30,234 nucleotides of DNA, taken from contig JBKBRF010000066.1 in NCBI GenBank assembly GCA_046292385.1, positions 1 to 30,234 on the forward strand, written 5' to 3'. Positions 25,885-30,234 of this stretch are shown piece after piece. Source of the stretch: Armatimonadota bacterium. GTDB taxonomy: Bacteria > Armatimonadota > SYMT01. The notes beneath the pieces are model-generated. The model had not been told where the DNA came from. It made no database searches and worked only from the letters and a program-made list of their open reading frames with translations. A program made the translations under genes and the position numbers. Position 1 is the stretch's first letter, and each line of letters starts with the position of its first letter.

Positions 25885-26889
25885 ATGGACAACCAGGCCT
25901 ATCTCTGGATCGGATTCAACCTGTTCGTGCTGGCGATGCTGGCGCTCGACCTCGGGGTCTTTCACCGCCGGTCCCACGTAGTCTCCGTAAGGGAGGCGAT
26001 GATCTGGAGCGCGGTCTGGATCAGCCTGGCGCTGCTTTTCAACCTGGGGATTTACTACTACCGCGGCACGGAGCCGGCGCTTCAGTTCCTGACCGGCTAC
26101 ATCGTCGAGAAGTCGCTCAGCGTCGACAACATTTTCATCTTCCTGGTGATCTTCTCGTATTTCCGGGTCCCCGCGCAGTACCAGCACAAGGTGCTCTTCT
26201 GGGGCATCCTGAGCGCGCTGATCATGCGCGCCATCCTGATCTTCCTGGGGGTGGCGCTGATCAAGACGTTCCACTGGGTGATCTTCGTCTTCGGCGCGTT
26301 CCTGATCTACACGGGTATCCGGCTGGCGTTCCAGAAGCACGACGACATCGACCTGGAAGCAAACCCGGCGATCCGCATCCTGAAGCGGTTCATGCCGGTC
26401 ACGCGGGACTACCACGGAGACCGGTTCGTGGTGAAGATCGAGGGCCGCACCTGGGCGACACCGCTGCTGGTGACGCTCCTGGTGGTGGAGGTGACCGACC
26501 TGCTCTTCGCGCTCGACTCGATCCCGGCGATCCTGGCGATCACCCCGGACCCGTTCATCGTGTATACCTCGAACGTGTTCGCCATCCTGGGGCTGCGGTC
26601 GCTCTTCTTCGCCCTCGCGGGGATGATGGAGCGGTTCCACTACCTCAAGAGCGGCCTCTCCGCCGTGCTGATCTTCGTCGGCGTGAAGATGCTCATCTCG
26701 GACTGGTACAAGATCCCGGTGGCCGTCTCTCTCGGCGTCATCGCCACGATCCTGACCATCGCCATCGTCGCCTCGCTCCTGCGACCACTCCCCGAAGAGG
26801 TGCATCCGCCCGCGCTCGGGGAAGACTCCACGGAAGAGCCCCCGCGCGAGGCTTCGTCGCCCGATAGGGCCGGAGAATTCCCGTCATGA
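25885..26889 (+). CDS. TerC/Alx-family membrane protein (metal homeostasis)
   Basis: LALDLGVF, GYIVEKSLSVDNIFIF, QHKVLFWGI, VEVTDLLFALDSIPA and SNVFAILGLRSLFF, with multiple transmembrane segments. Confidence 0.95.
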   Translation: MDNQAYLWIGFNLFVLAMLALDLGVFHRRSHVVSVREAMIWSAVWISLALLFNLGIYYYRGTEPALQFLTGYIVEKSLSVDNIFIFLVIFSYFRVPAQYQHKVLFWGILSALIMRAILIFLGVALIKTFHWVIFVFGAFLIYTGIRLAFQKHDDIDLEANPAIRILKRFMPVTRDYHGDRFVVKIEGRTWATPLLVTLLVVEVTDLLFALDSIPAILAITPDPFIVYTSNVFAILGLRSLFFALAGMMERFHYLKSGLSAVLIFVGVKMLISDWYKIPVAVSLGVIATILTIAIVASLLRPLPEEVHPPALGEDSTEEPPREASSPDRAGEFPS

Positions 26890-27221
26890 ACTGTCCCGTC
26901 TGTGCCATCCCGCTCACGCTCGCCGAGCGCCAGGGCGTGGAGATCGATTACTGCCCGCAGTGCCGCGGCGTCTGGCTCGACCGCGGAGAGCTGGACAAGA
27001 TCATCGACCGCTCCGCCGGATTGACCTCTCCCGGAACACCGCCGCCCGGCGGCGGACCGCGCCCTCGCGAGGAGCGGCCCCCGGTGGAGTGGAGAGGCGA
27101 CCGCGACCGCGAGCAGCGCCCGCCCTACCGGGAGCCGGACGACCACCGCCGCCACGACTACGAGCACGGCCGCCGCAAGAAGCGAGAGGGCTGGCTGGGC
27201 GAGCTCTTCGACTTCGACTAG
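26886..27221 (+). CDS. zf-TFIIB-type zinc-ribbon protein
   Basis: MNCPVC..ERQGVEIDYCPQCRGVWLDRGELDKII and C-terminal KKREGWLGELFDFD. It overlaps terC by ATGA. Confidence 0.9.
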   Translation: MNCPVCAIPLTLAERQGVEIDYCPQCRGVWLDRGELDKIIDRSAGLTSPGTPPPGGGPRPREERPPVEWRGDRDREQRPPYREPDDHRRHDYEHGRRKKREGWLGELFDFD

Positions 27222-27308
27222 AATGGCGGCGGGAAGCCTGCCGAATTGCAAAGGGTAGCCTCTGGCACCCCGCTTCGGCGCGGCCGATGATAGTGGTAGG
27301 ATGCTCCG

Positions 27309-27338
27309 GGACCACCGGCGGCTCTTCGCCGGTGGTCC
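27309..27338 (+). other. Perfect 12-bp hairpin just upstream of the hydrolase start
   Basis: GGACCACCGGCG-GCTCTT-CGCCGGTGGTCC. Confidence 0.7.
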
Positions 27339-27352
27339 TTCCCTCACGCCGT

Positions 27353-28915
27353 ATGCCTCGCCTTCCGCTGTACTACACCCTCGCCGGGCTCTCCGCCCCG
27401 GCGCTGCTCTTCACGACGGTGGCGCCGTCCGCCTTCTCGGCCGACTCCGCCCCCACCCCACCCGCGGAGGTGAAGCCCGCCGCGACGCCGCTGCCTGCCG
27501 TGCCGGCTCCGGAGCGGGAGATGCGAGGGGTGTGGGTGGCGACGGTCGACAACATCGACTGGCCCAGCCGGCGCGGACTGCCGGCGGCGGAGCAGCAGCG
27601 GGAGCTGCTGGCGATCTTCGACCGCGCCGTGGAGCTGAAGCTCAACACGATCGTGCTCCAGGTCCGCCCCGCCTGCGACGCGTTGTACGAGTCGAAGCTG
27701 GAGCCGTGGTCCGAGTACCTGACCGGAGAGATGGGACGCGCGCCGGAGCCCCGGTACGATCCGCTGGCGTTCGCGGTGAAGGAGGCGCACCGCCGTGGAT
27801 TGGAGCTCCACGCCTGGTTCAATCCGTACCGCGCCCTCCACCCCTCCGCAAAGGGTCCGATCGCCGGCGGCCACGTCAGCAAGACGAAGCCGGCGCTGGT
27901 GCGGAAGTACGGCAGGCACCTGTGGCTCGATCCGGGTGATGCAGCGGTGCAGGACCACTCCCTCGCCGTCATCCTCGACGTGGTGCGCCGCTACGACATT
28001 GACGGCGTCCACATGGACGACTACTTCTACCCTTACAAGGAGCGGGACACGGACGGCAAAGTGATCCCGTTCCCGGACGATCCGAGCTGGAGCCGGTACC
28101 GGGCGAGCGGAGGCAAGCTCTCCCGTGATGACTGGCGCCGGAATAACGTCGACCGCTTCGTCAAGCGGCTCCACGGCGCCATCAAGAAGGAGAAGAGCTG
28201 GGTCCGCTTCGGCATCTCCCCGTTCGGGATCTGGCGCCCGGGGCACCCGCCGCAGATCCAGGGCTTCGACCAGTACTCCGAGCTGTACGCTGACGCCCGC
28301 AAGTGGCTGGTGGAGGGCTGGGTCGACTACTTCACCCCGCAGCTCTACTGGAAGATCGACCAGGCGGCCCAGAGCTATCCGGTCCTGCTCAAGTGGTGGA
28401 CGGAGCAGAACCCGAAGCAGCGCCACCTCTGGCCCGGAAACTTCACCAGCCGGGTGGGCGACGGCAGCGGAAGCCAGTGGGAGCCGGCGGAGTTGGCGAA
28501 CCAGGTGCGGCTCACGCGCGCCCAGCCGGGCGCGGGCGGCAACATCCACTTCAGCATGAAGCCGCTGATGCAGAACCGCGCGGCAATCAACGACCACCTG
28601 GCCGGCACCGTCTACCGGGAACCGGCGCTGGTGCCCGCCACGCCCTGGCTCGACAGCCAGGCCCCGGCGACGCCGAATCTAGAGGTAGACCACTCCCCGA
28701 CGGGAGAGCGAACGGTCACCTGGAAACCGGGCGACGCGGAGAAGCCGTGGCTCTGGGTGGTGCAGTATCGCCGCGGCGGGAAGTGGACCACGGAGGTCCG
28801 CCCCGCCGGCGCCACCGGGTGTGACTCGCCGGCGACCGCCGGCGTGGACTACCTCGCCGTCTCGGCAGTCGATCGCTGCGGCAACCAGAGCGAACCGGCC
28901 GTGACCGCGCTCTGA
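27353..28915 (+). CDS. Exported glycoside hydrolase-like family 10 (YddW/DigH-like) protein
   Basis: REMRGVWVATVDNIDWPS, QVRPACDALY, LELHAWFNPYR, YDIDGVHMDDYFYPY, FGISPFGIW and PQLYW, with a C-terminal FnIII-like region. The start codon is uncertain. Confidence 0.92.
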   Translation: MPRLPLYYTLAGLSAPALLFTTVAPSAFSADSAPTPPAEVKPAATPLPAVPAPEREMRGVWVATVDNIDWPSRRGLPAAEQQRELLAIFDRAVELKLNTIVLQVRPACDALYESKLEPWSEYLTGEMGRAPEPRYDPLAFAVKEAHRRGLELHAWFNPYRALHPSAKGPIAGGHVSKTKPALVRKYGRHLWLDPGDAAVQDHSLAVILDVVRRYDIDGVHMDDYFYPYKERDTDGKVIPFPDDPSWSRYRASGGKLSRDDWRRNNVDRFVKRLHGAIKKEKSWVRFGISPFGIWRPGHPPQIQGFDQYSELYADARKWLVEGWVDYFTPQLYWKIDQAAQSYPVLLKWWTEQNPKQRHLWPGNFTSRVGDGSGSQWEPAELANQVRLTRAQPGAGGNIHFSMKPLMQNRAAINDHLAGTVYREPALVPATPWLDSQAPATPNLEVDHSPTGERTVTWKPGDAEKPWLWVVQYRRGGKWTTEVRPAGATGCDSPATAGVDYLAVSAVDRCGNQSEPAVTAL

Positions 28916-28996
28916 TCCGTCCCCCGCCCGGTCTACCCGCGGAGTGATGAAGGTTTACTGGATAGCTGGGTAGCCAGGCGGAGCATCCGGGGGGCC

Positions 28997-29183
28997 GCGA
29001 GGCATTGAAATACCTCGCTGGACGGCCTGCGGCCACGCGTCCTCCGGACGCCCAAATCGAGCCTTCTCAGTCCGCGAAGGCGGACTTCGTGCCGTCGTTG
29101 CAGCGGTTTCAACCGCCCGGCGGCTAATCCGGGGCTGCGCTGCGCTTGCACCCCGGCTAACTTCCAGCGCCCCTCCGGGGCGC
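28997..29183. repeat. Cluster of REP-like palindromes
   Basis: GCGAGG-CATTGAAATA-CCTCGC (28997-29018), AGTCCGC-GAAG-GCGGACT (29069-29086), GCGGTT-TC-AACCGC (29103-29116) and GCGCCCC-TCC-GGGGCGC (29167-29183). Confidence 0.7.
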
Positions 29184-29196
29184 CATCCCCGCCGCT

Positions 29197-29268
29197 CTCC
29201 GTCCCTCCGTCCCTCTGTCTCTCTGTCCCTCTGTCTCTCTGTCTCTCTGTCCCTCTGTCTCTCCGTCT
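29197..29268. repeat. Octamer tandem repeat (CTCYGTCY)9
   Basis: Nine consecutive units counted directly from the sequence. Confidence 0.95.
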
Positions 29269-29330
29269 CCGTGGCGGGCGCGCCGGGATCGCTCGCGCGG
29301 GGGATACAATTCCGCGGAGGGAGTGCGCGC

Positions 29331-30035
29331 GTGAGTGAGACGAAGCGAGACCGGGTCCGGGCGATGTTCGGGCGCGTGGCGGCCCGGTACGACTTTCTAA
29401 ACGGCGTCCTGAGCATGGGCCTGCACCATGGCTGGCGCCGCTTCGCCGTGCGGCAGTGCCGCTTTCCCGCAGGGGGACGCGCGCTCGACGTGGCGGTGGG
29501 AACGGGCGACTTCGCCATCGAGACGATCGCGCCGGGCGGGATCGCGGTCGGCGTGGACCCCTGCGAGCCGATGCTGCGGGAGGGATTGAAGAAGCTCGAC
29601 CGGCTGCAGCTCCGGGACCGGATCACGCTGGTGGTCGGCGAGGCGGAGGCGCTGCCCGTCTCTACCGGAGAGTTCGACTGCGCCACGATCGGCTTCGCGC
29701 TGCGGAACGTCACCGATATCGACCGCACCTTCGCGGAGATGGCGCGCGCCGTGCGGCCCGGCGGCCGCGTGGTGGCGCTGGAAATCGCGAAGCCCCGGAA
29801 CCCGGTCCTGCGCCCGCTCTTCTTTTTCTACTTCTACCACGTCTCTCCGTGGGTGGCGCGGCTCTTCGGGGGCGACCCGCAGGCGTACCAGTACCTGCCG
29901 AACTCGCTGAAGGAGTTCAAGTCGCGCGAGGAGCTGTGCGACTCGATGCGCCGAGCCGGCCTGGACGAGGTGCGCTTCTACGACCTCTCCGGCGGCATGG
30001 TCTGCGTACACGTCGGCACCAAGCCGGGCGCATAG
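29331..30035 (+). CDS. ubiE: UbiE/MenG-family quinone C-methyltransferase
   Basis: VRAMFGRVAARYDFLNGVLSMGLHHGWR, LDVAVGTGD, GFALRNV, RPGG and YQYLPNS. GTG start with RBS GGAGG, and TACAAT at 29305-29310. Confidence 0.92.
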   Translation: MSETKRDRVRAMFGRVAARYDFLNGVLSMGLHHGWRRFAVRQCRFPAGGRALDVAVGTGDFAIETIAPGGIAVGVDPCEPMLREGLKKLDRLQLRDRITLVVGEAEALPVSTGEFDCATIGFALRNVTDIDRTFAEMARAVRPGGRVVALEIAKPRNPVLRPLFFFYFYHVSPWVARLFGGDPQAYQYLPNSLKEFKSREELCDSMRRAGLDEVRFYDLSGGMVCVHVGTKPGA

Positions 30036-30234
30036 TCCATCCACGAGCAACGCGGGTCGAGTAGTCTCGGGCACGTCGCCTTCCGTGGCACGGGATAGAC
30101 GTCACGAGCCGGCCTTTGGAGATTCTATGCTTCGCGTCAAGCGGAAAGTTCGAGGGTAGCTCCCGTACGTAGCCCCACGGAGCCGACGGCGCCGAAGACA
30201 TCACGGGTTCTTCGCCGCCGGCTCCGTTCCGGCG

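Noticed and set aside
27222..27308. c-di-GMP or fluoride riboswitch before the glycoside hydrolase
   Set aside because: Only short fragments (GCAAAG, GCCGATG) resemble the consensus, and the required stems are missing.
486..28597. Many long antisense or alternate-frame ORFs (for example 486-1826, 8610-10145, 11344-12948, 19637-21703, 21821-23470)
   Set aside because: They are shadows of real genes in high-GC DNA, with Arg/Pro/Gly-rich translations and no family motifs.
30036..30234. ORF 29917-30204 and a possible minus-strand gene end near 30201
   Set aside because: No motifs, overlap with ubiE, and too little sequence to support a call.

Overview
High-GC bacterial chromosome segment, most consistent with Armatimonadota. 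This is inferred from the DUF1559 prepilin-like protein with the FPVFAQARE motif and the overall gene mix. From left to right: the left end of a probable IS5-family element next to a structured leader, moaA, a His-less DinB-fold protein, an E2-thiolase-3-hydroxyacyl-CoA dehydrogenase operon, a TolB-like protein, a SirB1-like protein, an unannotated 34-aa basic ORF and hemY/hemH. Next come an exported Lon-protease-domain multidomain protein, a low-GC orphan ORF and a nurA-HAS barrel-herA-mre11/sbcD cluster without rad50/sbcC. A STAS gene follows, preceded by a c-di-AMP riboswitch with its own promoter and terminator. The right part holds an S1-domain protein, an ATP-dependent DNA ligase, a DUF1559 protein, terC plus a zinc-ribbon gene behind a pseudoknot-capable leader, a GHL10 hydrolase and a UbiE/MenG methyltransferase. 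The main hidden signals are: (1) two adjacent ORFs (24640-25644) that look like one UGA-recoded CxxU selenoprotein, an exported thioredoxin-like/AhpD fusion with a SECIS-like hairpin; (2) the c-di-AMP riboswitch in front of an anti-sigma antagonist; (3) a candidate novel RNA element upstream of terC; and (4) the secreted ATP-independent Lon-like protease with TPR, Ig and Zn domains. All calls come from reading motifs by eye; no database searches were run.
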